This document shows positions 24,801-39,800 of a stretch of 64,000 bases of DNA, in pieces. The first letter of the stretch is position 1. Each line of letters starts with the position of its first letter. The DNA comes from Eledone cirrhosa (lineage: Eukaryota): assembly GCA_964016885.1 (NCBI GenBank), contig OZ024743.1, positions 144,336,001 through 144,400,000 on the forward strand, given 5' to 3'. A model generated the notes under the pieces. The model made no database searches and was not told where the DNA came from. It was given only the letters and a program-made list of their open reading frames with translations. The translations under genes and the position numbers were made by a program.

Positions 24801-27800
24801 CTACAGTATAAATGGACTGGTAGACCTGACACTACAGTATAAATGGACTGGTAGACCTCACACTACAGTATAAATGGACTGGTAGACCTGACACTACAGT
24901 ATAAATGGACTGGTAGACCTCACACTACAGTATAAATGGCCTGGTAGACCTCACACTACAGTATAAATGGACTGGTAGACCTCACACTACAGTATAAATG
25001 GACTGGTAGACCTCACACTACAGTATAAATGGCCTGGTAGACCTCACACTACAGTATAAATGGACTGGTAGACCTCACACTACAGTATAAATGGACTGGT
25101 AGACCTCACACTAAAGTATAAATGACCTGGTAAACCGGACACTACAGTATAAATGGACTGGTAGACCTCACACTACAGTATAAATAGACTGGTAGACCTC
25201 ACACTACAGTATAAATGGACTGGTAGACCGCACACTACAGTATAAATGGACTGGTAGACCTCACACTACAGTATAAATGGTCTGGTAGACCAGACACTAC
25301 AGTAAAAATGGACTGGTAGACCGGACACTACAGTATAAATGGACTGGTAGACCTCACACTACAGTATAAATGGCATGGTAGACCTCACACTACAGTACAA
25401 ATGGACTGGTAGACCTCAAACTACAGTATAAATGGACTGGTACACCGGACACTACAGTATAAATGGACTGGTAGTCCTCACACTACAGTATAAATGGCCT
25501 GGTAGACCTCAAACTACAGTATAAATGGACTGGTAGACCTCACACTACAGTATAAATGACCTGGTAGATCTCAAACTACAGTATAAATGGACTGGTAGTC
25601 CTCACACTACAGTATAAATGGACTGGTAGACCTCACACTACAGTATAAATGGCCTGGTAGACCTCACAGTACAGTATAAATGGCCTGGTAGACCGGACAC
25701 TACAGTATAAATGGTCTGCTAGACCTCACAGTACAGTATAAATGGCCTGGTAGACCTGACACTACAGTATAAATGGCCTGGTAGACCGGACACTACAGTA
25801 TAAATGGTCTGCTAGACCTCACACTACAGTATAAATGGCCTGGTAGACCTGACACTACAGTATAAATGGTCTGGTAGACCGGACACTACAGTATAAATGG
25901 TCTGCTAGACCTCACACTACAGTATAAATGGACTGGTAGACCTGACACTACAGTATAAATGGCCTGGTAGACCTCACACTACAGTATAAATGGCCTGGTA
26001 GACCTCACACTACAGTATAAATGGCCTGGTAGACCTCACACTACAGTATAAATGGCCTGGTAGACCTGACACTACAGTATAAATGGCCTGGTAGACCGGA
26101 CACTACAGTATAAATGGTCTGCTAGACCTCACACTACAGTATAAATGGACTGGTAGACCTGACACTACAGTATAAATGGCCTGGTAGACCGGACACTACA
26201 GTATAAATGGTCTGGTAGACCTCACAATACAGTATAAATGGACTGGTAGACCTGACACTACAGTATAAATGGCCTGGTAGACCGGACACTACAGTATAAA
26301 TGGACTGGTAGTCCTCACACTACAGTATAAATGGACTGGTAGACCTGACACTACAGTATAAATGGCCTGGTAGACCGGACACTACAATATAAATGACCTG
26401 GTAAACCTGACACTACAGTATAAATGGCCTGGTAGACCTGACACTACAGTATAAATGGTCTGGTAGACCTCACACTACAGTATAAATGGACTTGTAGACC
26501 TCACACTACAGTATAAATGGACTGGTAGTCCTCACACTACAGTATAAATGGACTGGTAGTCCTCACACTACAGTATAAATGGCCTGGTAGACCGGACACT
26601 ACAGTATAAATGACCTGGTAGACCTCACACTACAGTATAAATGGACTGGTAGACCTCATACTACAGTATAAATGGACTGGTAGACCTCACACTACAGTAT
26701 AAATGGACTGGTACACCGGACACTCCAGTATAAATGGACTGGTAGACCTCACACTACAGTATAAATGGACTGGTAGACCTCACACTACAGTATAAATGGC
26801 CTGGTAGACCTCACACTACAGTATAAATGGACTGGTAGACCTCACACTACAGTATAAATGGACTGGTACACCGGACACTCCAGTATAAATGGACTGGTAG
26901 ACCTCACACTACAGTATAAATGGACTGGTAGACCTCACACTACAGTATAAATGGCCTGGTAGACCTCACACTACAATATAAATGGCCTGGTAGACATCAC
27001 ACTACAGTATAAATGGCCTGGTAGACCTCACACTACAGTATAAATGGACTGGTAGACCTCACACTACAGTATAAATGGACTGGTAGACCTCACACTACAG
27101 TATAAATGGCCTGGTAGACCTCACAATAAAGTATAAATGGACTGGTAGTCCTCACACTACAGTATAAATGGCCTGGTAGACCTCACACTACAGTATAAAT
27201 GGACTGGTAGTCCTCACACTACAGTATAAATGGCCTGGTAGACCTCACACTACAGTATAAATGAAATGGTAGACCTCACACTACAGTATAAATGGACTGG
27301 TAGTCCTCACACTACAGTATGAATGGACTGGTAGACCTCACACTACAGTATAAATGGACTGGTAGACCTCACACTACAGTATAAATGGACTGGTAGTCCT
27401 CACACTACAGTATAAATGGCCTGGTAGACCTCACACTACAGTATAAATGGACAGGTAGACCTCACACTACAGTATAAATGGAGTGGTAGACCTCACACTA
27501 CAGTATAAATGGCCTGGTAGACCTCACACTACAATATAAATGGACTGGTAGACCTCACACTACAGTATAAATGGACTGGTAGACCTCACACTACAGTATA
27601 AATGGACTGGTACACCGGACACTCCAGTATAAATGGACTGGTAGACCTCACACTACAGTATAAATGGCCTGGTAGACATCACACTACAGTATAAATGGAC
27701 GGGTAGACCTGACACTACAGTATAAATGGACAGGTAGTCCTCACACTACAGTATAAATGGACTGGTAGACCTCACACTACAGTATAAATGGACTGGTAGA

Positions 27801-30800
27801 CCTCACACTACAGTATAAATGGACTGGTAGACCTCACACTACAGTATAAATGGACTGGTAGACCTGACACTACAGTATAAATGGCCTGGTAGACCTCAAA
27901 CTACAGTATAAATGGACTGGTAGACCTCACACTACAGTATAAATGGAGTGGTAGACCTCACACTACAGTATAAATGGACTGGTAGTCCTCACACTACAGT
28001 ATAAATGGACTGGTAGACCTCACACTACAGTATAAATGGACTGGTAGACCTCACACTACAGTATAAATGGACTGGTAGACCTGACACTACAGTATAAATG
28101 GCCTGGTAGACCTGACACTACAGTATAAATGGCCTGGTAGACCTCACACTACAATATAAATGGCCTGGTAGACCTCACACTACAGTATAAATGGCCTGGT
28201 AGACCTCACACTACAGTATAAATGGACTGGTAGACCTCACACTACAGTATAAATGGACTGGTAGACCTCACACTACAGTATAAATGGACTGGTAGTCCTC
28301 ACACTACAGTATAAATGGCCTGGTAGACCTCACACTACAGTATAAATGGACAGGTAGACCTCACACTACAGTATAAATGGAGTGGTAGACCTCACACTAC
28401 AGTATAAATGGCCTGGTAGACCTCACACTACAGTATAAATGGACTGGTAGACCTCACACTACAGTATAAATGGACTGGTAGACCTCACACTACAGTATAA
28501 ATGGACTGGTACACCGGACACTCCAGTATAAATGGACTGGTAGACCTCACACTACAGTATAAATGGCCTGGTAGACATCACACTACAGTATAAATGGACG
28601 GGTAGACCTGACACTACAGTATAAATGGACAGGTAGTCCTCACACTACAGTATAAATGGACTGGTAGACCTCACACTACAGTATAAATGGACTGGTAGAC
28701 CTCACACTACAGTATAAATGGACTGGTAGACCTCACACTACAGTATAAATGGACTGGTAGACCTGACACTACAGTATAAATGGCCTGGTAGACCTCACAC
28801 TACAGTATAAATGGACTGGTAGACCTCACACTACAGTATAAATGGACTGGTAGACCTCACACTACAGTATAAATGGACTGGTAGACCTGACACTACAGTA
28901 TAAATGGCCTCGTAGACCTCACACTACAGTATAAATGGACTGGTACACCGGACACTCCAGTATAAATGGACTGGTAGACCTGACACTACAGTATAAATGG
29001 ACTGGTAGACCTGACACTACAGTATAAATGGACTGGTAGACCGGACACTACAGTATAAATGGACTGGTAGACCTCACACTACAGTATAAATGGAGTGGTA
29101 GACCTGACACTCCAGTATAAATGGACTGGTAGACCTGACACTACAGTATAAATGGACTGGTAGACCTGATACTACAGTATAAATGGACTGGTAGACCTCA
29201 CACTACAGTATAAATGGACTGGTAGACCTCACACTACAGTATAAATGGACTGGTACACCGGACACTCCAGTATAAATGGACTGGTAGACCTCACACTACT
29301 ATATAAATGGACTGGTAGACCTCACACTACAGTATAAATGGCCTGGTAATCCTCACACTACAGTATAAATGGCCTGGTAGACCTCACACTACAGTATAAA
29401 TGGACTGGTAGACCTGACACTACAGTATAAATGGACTGGTAGTCCTCACACTATAGTATAAATGGACTGGTAGACCTCACACTACAGTATAAATGGACTG
29501 GTAGACCTGACACTACAGTATAAATGGACTGGTAGACCTCACACTACAGTATAAATGGACTGGTAGACCTGACACTACAGTATAAATGGACTGGTAGACC
29601 TCACACTACAGTATAAATGGCCTGGTAGACCTCACACTACAGTATAAATGGACTGGTAGACCTCACACTACAGTATAAATGGACTGGTAGACCTCACACT
29701 ACAGTATAAATGGCCTGGTAGACCTCACACTACAGTATAAATGGACTGGTAGACCTCACACTACAGTATAAATGGACTGGTAGACCTCACACTAAAGTAT
29801 AAATGACCTGGTAAACCGGACACTACAGTATAAATGGACTGGTAGACCTCACACTACAGTATAAATAGACTGGTAGACCTCACACTACAGTATAAATGGA
29901 CTGCTAGACCGCACACTACAGTATAAATGGACTGGTAGACCTCACACTACAGTATAAATGGTCTGGTAGACCAGACACTACAGTAAAAATGGACTGGTAG
30001 ACCGGACACTACAGTATAAATGGACTGGTAGACCTCACACTACAGTATAAATGGCATGGTAGACCTCACACTACAGTACAAATGGACTGGTAGACCTCAA
30101 ACTACAGTATAAATGGACTGGTACACCGGACACTACAGTATAAATGGACTGGTAGTCCTCACACTACAGTATAAATGGCCTGGTAGACCTCAAACTACAG
30201 TATAAATGGACTGGTAGACCTCACACTACAGTATAAATGACCTGGTAGACCTCAAACTACAGTATAAATGGACTGGTAGTCCTCACACTACAGTATAAAT
30301 GGACTGGTAGACCTCACACTACAGTATAAATGGCCTGGTAGACCTCACAGTACAGTATAAATGGCCTGGTAGACCGGACACTACAGTATAAATGGTCTGC
30401 TAGACCTCACAGTACAGTATAAATGGCCTGGTAGACCTGACACTACAGTATAAATGGCCTGGTAGACCGGACACTACAGTATAAATGGTCTGCTAGACCT
30501 CACACTACAGTATAAATGGCCTGGTAGACCTGACACTACAGTATAAATGGTCTGGTAGACCGGACACTACAGTATAAATGGTCTGCTAGACCTCACACTA
30601 CAGTATAAATGGACTGGTAGACCTGACACTACAGTATAAATGGCCTGGTAGACCTCACACTACAGTATAAATGGCCTGGTAGACCTCACACTACAGTATA
30701 AATGGCCTGGTAGACCTCACACTACAGTATAAATGGCCTGGTAGACCTGACACTACAGTATAAATGGCCTGGTAGACCGGACACTACAGTATAAATGGTC

Positions 30801-33800
30801 TGCTAGACCTCACACTACAGTATAAATGGACTGGTAGACCTGACACTACAGTATAAATGGCCTGGTAGACCGGACACTACAGTATAAATGGTCTGGTAGA
30901 CCTCACAATACAGTATAAATGGACTGGTAGACCTGACACTACAGTATAAATGGCCTGGTAGACCGGACACTACAGTATAAATGGACTGGTAGTCCTCACA
31001 CTACAGTATAAATGGACTGGTAGACCTGACACTACAGTATAAATAGCCTGGTAGACCGGACACTACAATATAAATGACCTGGTAGACCTGACACTACAGT
31101 ATAAATGGCCTGGTAGACCTGACACTACAGTATAAATGGTCTGGTAGACCTCACACTACAGTATAAATGGACTTGTAGACCTCACACTACAGTATAAATG
31201 GACTGGTAGTCCTCACACTACAGTATAAATGGACTGGTAGTCCTCACACTACAGTATAAATGGCCTGGTAGACCGGACACTACAGTATAAATGACCTGGT
31301 AGACCTCACACTACAGTATAAATGGACTGGTAGACCTCATACTACAGTATAAATGGACTGGTAGACCTCACACTACAGTATAAATGGACTGGTACACCGG
31401 ACACTCCAGTATAAATGGACTGGTAGACCTCACACTACAGTATAAATGGACTGGTAGACCTCACACTACAGTATAAATGGCTTGGTAGACCTCACACTAC
31501 AGTATAAATGGACTGGTAGACCTCACACTACAGTATAAATGGACTGGTACACCGGACACTCCAGTATAAATGGACTGGTAGACCTCAAACTACAGTATAA
31601 ATGGACTGGTAGACCTCACACTACAGTATAAATGGCCTGGTAGACCTCACACTACAATATAAATGGCCTGGTAGACATCACACTACAGTATAAATGGCCT
31701 GGTAGACCTCACACTACAGTATAAATGGACTGGTAGACCTCACACTACAGTATAAATGGACTGGTAGACCTCACACTACAGTATAAATGGCCTGGTAGAC
31801 CTCACAATAAAGTATAAATGGACTGGTAGTCCTCACACTACAGTATAAATGGCCTGGTAGACCTCACACTACAGTATAAATGGACTGGTAGTCCTCACAC
31901 TACAGTATAAATGGCCTGGTAGACCTCACACTACAGTATAAATGAAATGGTAGACCTCACACTACAGTATAAATGGACTGGTAGTCCTCACACTACAGTA
32001 TGAATGGACTGGTAGACCTCACACTACAGTATAAATGGACTGGTAGACCTCACACTACAGTATAAATGGACTGGTAGTCCTCACACTACAGTATAAATGG
32101 CCTGGTAGACCTCACACTACAGTATAAATGGACAGGTAGACCTCACACTACAGTATAAATGGAGTGGTAGACCTCACACTACAGTATAAATGGCCTGGTA
32201 GACCTCACACTACAATATAAATGGACTGGTAGACCTCACACTACAGTATAAATGGACTGGTAGACCTCACACTATAGTATAAATGGACTGGTACACCGGA
32301 CACTCCAGTATAAATGGACTGGTAGACCTCACACTACAGTATAAATGGCCTGGTAGACATCACACTACAGTATAAATGGACGGGTAGACCTGACACTACA
32401 GTATAAATGGACAGGTAGTCCTCACACTACAGTATAAATGGACTGGTAGACCTCACACTACAGTATAAATGGACTGGTAGACCTCACACTACAGTATAAA
32501 TGGACTGGTAGACCTCACACTACAGTATAAATGGACTGGTAGACCTGACACTACAGTATAAATGGCCTGGTAGACCTCAAACTACAGTATAAATGGACTG
32601 GTAGACCTCACACTACAGTATAAATGGAGTGGTAGACCTCACACTACAGTATAAATGGACTGGTAGTCCTCACACTACAGTATAAATGGACTGGTAGACC
32701 TCACACTACAGTATAAATGGACTGGTAGACCTCACACTACAGTATAAATGGACTGGTAGACCTGACACTACAGTATAAATGGCCTGGTAGACCTGACACT
32801 ACAGTATAAATGGCCTGGTAGACCTCACACTACAATATAAATGGCCTGGTAGACCTCACACTACAGTATAAATGGCCTGGTAGACCTCACACTACAGTAT
32901 AAATGGACTGGTAGACCTCACACTACAGTATAAATGGACGGGTAGACCTCACACTACAGTATAAATGGACTGGTAGTCCTCACACTACAGTATAAATGGC
33001 CTGGTAGACCTCACACTACAGTATAAATGGACAGGTAGACTTCACACTACAGTATAAATGGAGTGGTAGACCTCACACTACAGTATAAATGGCCTGGTAG
33101 ACCTCACACTACAGTATAAATGGACTGGTACACCGGACACTCCAGTATAAATGGACTGGTAGACCTCACACTACAGTATAAATGGCCTGGTAGACATCAC
33201 ACTACAGTATAAATGGACGGGTAGACCTGACACTACAGTATAAATGGACAGGTAGTCCTCACACTACAGTATAAATGGACTGGTAGACCTCACACTACAG
33301 TATAAATGGACTGGTAGACCTCACACTACAGTATAAATGGACTGGTAGACCTCACACTACAGTATAAATGGACTGGTAGACCTGACACTACAGTATAAAT
33401 GGCCTGGTAGACCTCAAACTACAGTATAAATGGACTGGTAGACATCACACTACAGTATAAATGGAGTGGTAGACCTGACACTAAAGTATAAATGGACTGG
33501 TAGTCCTCACACTACAGTATAAATGGACTGGTAGACCTCACACTACAGTATAAATGGACTGGTAGACCTCACACTACAGTATAAATGGACTGGTAGACCT
33601 GACACTACAGTATAAATGGCCTGGTAGACCTGACACTACAGTATAAATGGCCTGGTAGACCTCACACTACAGTATAAATGGACTGGTACACCGGACACTC
33701 CAGTATAAATGGACTGGTAGACCTGACACTACAGTATAAATGGACTGGTAGACCGGACACTACAGTATAAATGGCCTGGTAGACCTCAAACTACAGTATA

Positions 33801-36800
33801 AATGGACTGGTAGACCTAACACTACAGTATAAATGGACTGGTACACCGGACACTCCAGTATAAATGGACTGGTAGACCTCACACTACAGTATAAATGGAC
33901 TGGTAGACCTCACACTACAGTATAAATGGCCTGGTAGACCTCACACTACAATATAAATGGCCTGGTAGACATCACACTACAGTATAAATGGCCTGGTAGA
34001 CCTCACACTACAGTATAAATGGACTGGTAGACCTCACACTACAGTATAAATGGACTGGTAGACCTCACACTACAGTATAAATGGCCTGGTAGACCTCACA
34101 ATAAAGTATAAATGGACTGGTAGTCCTCACACTACAGTATAAATGGCCTGGTAGACCTCACACTACAGTATAAATGGACTGGTAGTCCTCACACTACAGT
34201 ATAAATGGCCTGGTAGACCTCACACTACAGTATAAATGGACTGGTCGACCTCACACTACAGTATAAATGGACTGGTAGACCTGACACTCCAGTATAAATG
34301 GACTGGTAGACCTGACGCTACAGTATAAATGGACTGCTAGACCTCACACTACAGTATAAATGGACTGGTAGACCTGACACTACAGTATAAATGGACTGGT
34401 ACACCGGACACTCCAGTATAAATGGACTGGTAGACCTCACACTACAGTATAAATGGACTGGTAGACCTCACACTACAGTATAAATGGACTGGTAGACCTC
34501 ACACTACAGTATAAATGGACTGGTACACCGGACACTCCAGTATAAATGGACTGGTAGACCTCACACTACAGTATAAATGGACTGGTAGACCTCACACTAC
34601 AGTATAAATGGACTGGTAGACCTCACACTACAGTATAAATGGACTGGTAGACCTCACACTACAGTATAAATGGACTGGTAGACCTGACACTACAGTATAA
34701 ATGGCCTGGTAGACCTGACACTACAGTATAAATGGCCTGGTAGACCTCACACTACAGTATAAATGGACTGGTACACCGGACACTCCAGTATAAATGGACT
34801 GGTAGACCTGACACTACAGTATAAATGGCCTGGTAGACCTGACACTACAGTATAAATGGCCTGGTAGACCTCACACTACAGTATAAATGAAATGGTAGAC
34901 CTCACACTACAGTATAAATGGACTGGTAGTCCTCACACTACAGTATAAATGGACTGGTCGACCTCACACTACAGTATAAATGGACTGGTAGACCTCACAC
35001 TACAGTATAAATGGACTGGTAGTCCTCACACTACAGTATAAATGGCCTGGTAGACCTCACACTACAGTATAAATGGACAGGTAGACCTCAAACTACAGTA
35101 TAAATGGAGTGGTAGACCTCACACTACAGTATAAATGGCCTGTTAGACCTCACACTACAGTATAAATGGACTGGTAGACCTCACACTACAGTATAAATGG
35201 ACTGGTAGACCTCACACTACAGTATAAATGGACTGGTACACCGGACACTCCAGTATAAATGGACTGGTAGACCTCACACTACAGTATAAATGGCCTGGTA
35301 GACATCACACTACAGTATAAATGGACGGGTAGACCTGACACTACAGTATAAATGGACAGGTAGTCCTCACACTACAGTATAAATGGACTGGTAGACCTCA
35401 CACTACAGTATAAATGGACTGGTAGACCTCACACTACAGTATAAATGGACTGGTAGACCTCACACTACAGTATAAATGGACTGGTAGACCTCACACTACA
35501 GTATAAATGGACTGCTAGACCTCACACTACAGTATAAATGGACTGGTAAACCTGACACTACAGTATAAATGGCCTGGTAGACCTCAAACTACAGTATAAA
35601 TGGACTGGTAGACCTCACACTACAGTATAAATGGACAGGTAGACCTCACACTACAGTATAAATGGACTGGTAGACCTCACACTACAGTACAAATGGCCTG
35701 GTAGACCTCACAATAAAGTATAAATGGACTGGTAGTCCTCACACTACAGTATAAATGGCCTGGTAGACCTCACACTACAGTATAAATGGACTGGTAGTCC
35801 TCACACTACAGTATAAATGGCCTGGTAGACCTCACACTACAGTATAAATGAAATGGTAGACCTCACACTACAGTATAAATGGACTGGTAGTCCTCACACT
35901 ACAGTATAAATGGACTGGTAGACCTGACACTACAGTATAAATGGACTGGTAGACCTCACACTACAGTATAAATGGACTGGTAGTCCTCACACTACAGTAT
36001 AAATGGCCTGGTAGACCTCACACTACAGTATAAATGGACAGGTAGACCTCACACTACAGTATAAATGGAGTGGTAGACCTCACACTACAGTATAAATGGC
36101 CTGGTAGACCTCACACTACAATATAAATGGACTGGTAGACCTCACACTACAGTATAAATGGACTGGTAGACCTCACACTACAGTATAAATGGACTGGTAC
36201 ACCGGACACTCCAGTATAAATGGACTGGTAGACCTCACACTACAGTATAAATGGCCTGGTAGACATCACACTACAGTATAAATGGACGGGTAGACCTGAC
36301 ACTACAGTATAAATGGACAGGTAGTCCTCACACTACAGTATAAATGGACTGGTAGACCTCACACTACAGTATAAATGGACTGGTAGACCTCACACTACAG
36401 TATAAATGGACTGGTAGACCTCACACTACAGTATAAATGGCCTGGTAGACCTCAAACTACAGTATAAATGGACTGGTAGACCTCACACTACAGTATAAAT
36501 GGAGTGGTAGACCTGACACTACAGTATAAATGGACTGGTAGTCCTCACACTACAGTATAAATGGACTGGTAGACCTCACACTACAGTATAAATGGACTGG
36601 TAGACCTCACACTACAGTATAAATGGACTGGTAGACCTGACACTACAGTATAAATGGCCTGGTAGACCTGACACTACAGTATAAATGGCCTGGTAGACCT
36701 CACACTACAATATAAATGGCCTGGTAGACCTCACACTACAGTATAAATGGCCTGGTAGACCTCACACTACAGTATAAATGGACTGGTAGACCTCACACTA

Positions 36801-39800
36801 CAGTATAAATGGACTGGTAGACCTCACACTACAGTATAAATGGACTGGTAGTCCTCACACTACAGTATAAATGGCCTGGTAGACCTCACACTACAGTATA
36901 AATGGACAGGTAGACCTCACACTACAGTATAAATGGAGTGGTAGACCTCACACTACAGTATAAATGGCCTGGTAGACCTCACACTACAGTATAAATGGAC
37001 TGGTAGACCTCACACTACAGTATAAATGGACTGGTAGACCTCACACTACAGTATAAATGGACTGGTACACCGGACACTCCAGTATAAATGGACTGGTAGA
37101 CCTCACACTACAGTATAAATGGCCTGGTAGACATCACACTACAGTATAAATGGACGGGTAGACCTGACACTACAGTATAAATGGACAGGTAGTCCTCACA
37201 CTACAGTATAAATGGACTGGTAGACCTCACACTACAGTATAAATGGACTGGTAGACCTCACACTACAGTATAAATGGACTGGTAGACCTCACACTACAGT
37301 ATAAATGGACTGGTAGACCTGACACTACAGTATAAATGGCCTGGTAGACCTCAAACTACAGTATAAATGGACTGGTAGACCTCACACTACAGTATAAATG
37401 GAGTGGTAGACCTGACACTACAGTATAAATGGACTGGTAGTCCTCACACTACAGTATAAATGGACTGGTAGACCTCACACTACAGTATAAATGGACTGGT
37501 AGACCTCACACTACAGTATAAATGGACTGGTAGACCTGACACTACAGTATAAATGGCCTGGTAGACCTGACACTACATTATAAATGGCCTGGTAGACCTG
37601 ACACTACAGTATAAATGGACTGGTACACCGGACACTCCAGTATAAATGGACTGGTAGACCTGACACTACAGTATAAATGGACTGGTAGACCGGACACTAC
37701 AGTATAAATGGCCTGGTAGACCTCAAACTACAGTATAAATGGACTGGTAGACCTAACACTACAGTATAAATGGAGTGGTAGACCTGACACTCCAGTATAA
37801 ATGGACTGGTAGACCTGACGCTACAGTATAAATGGACTGGTAGACCTCACACTACAGTATAAATGGACTGGTAGACCTCACACTACAGTATAAATGGACT
37901 GGTAGACCTGACACTACAGTATAAATGGACTGGTACACCGGACACTCCAGTATAAATGGACTGGTAGACCTCACACTACAGTATAAATGGACTGGTAGAC
38001 CTCACACTACAGTATAAATGGACTGGTAGACCTCACACTACAGTATAAATGGACTGGTACACCGGACACTCCAGTATAAATGGACTGGTAGACCTCACAC
38101 TACAGTATAAATGGACTGGTAGACCTCACACTACAGTATAAATGGACTGGTAGACCTCACACTACAGTATAAATGGACTGGTAGACCTCACACTACAGTA
38201 TAAATGGACTGGTAGACCTGACACTACAGTATAAATGGCCTGGTAGACCTGACACTACAGTATAAATGGCCTGGTAGACCTCACACTACAGTATAAATGG
38301 ACTGGTACACCGGACACTCCAGTATAAATGGACTGGTAGACCTGACACTACAGTATAAATGGCCTGGTAGACCTGACACTACAGTATAAATGGCCTGGTA
38401 GACCTCACACTACAGTATAAATGAAATGGTAGACCTCACACTACAGTATAAATGGACTGGTAGTCCTCACACTACAGTATAAATGGACTGGTCGACCTCA
38501 CACTACAGTATAAATGGACTGGTAGACCTCACACTACAGTATAAATGGACTGGTAGTCCTCACACTACAGTATAAATGGCCTGGTAGACCTCACACTACA
38601 GTATAAATGGACAGGTAGACCTCAAACTACAGTATAAATGGAGTGGTAGACCTCACACTACAGTATAAATGGCCTGTTAGACCTCACACTACAGTATAAA
38701 TGGACTGGTAGACCTCACACTACAGTATAAATGGACTGGTAGACCTCACACTACAGTATAAATGGACTGGTACACCGGACACTCCAGTATAAATGGACTG
38801 GTAGACCTCACACTACAGTATAAATGGCCTGGTAGACATCACACCACAGTATAAATGGACGGGTAGACCTGACACTACAGTATAAATGGACAGGTAGTCC
38901 TCACACTACAGTATAAATGGACTGGTAGACCTCACACTACAGTATAAATGGACTGGTAGACCTCACACTACAGTATAAATGGACTGGTAGACCTCACACT
39001 ACAGTATAAATGGACTGGTAAACCTGACACTACAGTATAAATGGCCTGGTAGACCTCAAACTACAGTATAAATGGACTGGTAGACCTCACACTACAGTAT
39101 AAATGGAGTGGTAGACCTGACACGACAGTATAAATGGACTGGTAGTCCTCACACTACAGTATAAATGGACTGGTAGACCTCACACTACAGTATAAATGGA
39201 CTGGTAGACCTCACACTACAGTATAAATGGACTGGTAGACCTGACACTACAGTATAAATGGCCTGGTAGACCAGACACTTCCATATAAATGGCCTGGTAG
39301 ACCTCACACTACAGTATAAATGGATTGGTACACCGGACACTCCAGTATAAATGGACTGGTAGACCTGACACTACAGTATAAATGGACTGGTAGACCGGAC
39401 ACTACAGTATAAATGGCCTGGTAGACCTCAAACTACAGTATAAATGGACTGGTAGACCTAACACTACAGTATAAATGGAGTGGTAGACCTGACACTCCAG
39501 TATAAATGGACTGGTAGACCTGACACTACAGTATAAATGGACTGGTAGACCTCACACTACAGTATAAATGGACTGGTAGACCTCACACTACAGTATAAAT
39601 GGACTGGTAGACCTCACACTACAGTATAAATGGACTGGTACACCGGACACTCCAGTATAAATGGACTGGTAGACCTCACACTACAGTATAAATGGACTGG
39701 TAGACCTCACACTACAGTATAAATGGACTGGTAGACCTCACACTACAGTATAAATGGACTGGTACACCGGACACTCCAGTATAAATGGACTGGTAGACCT

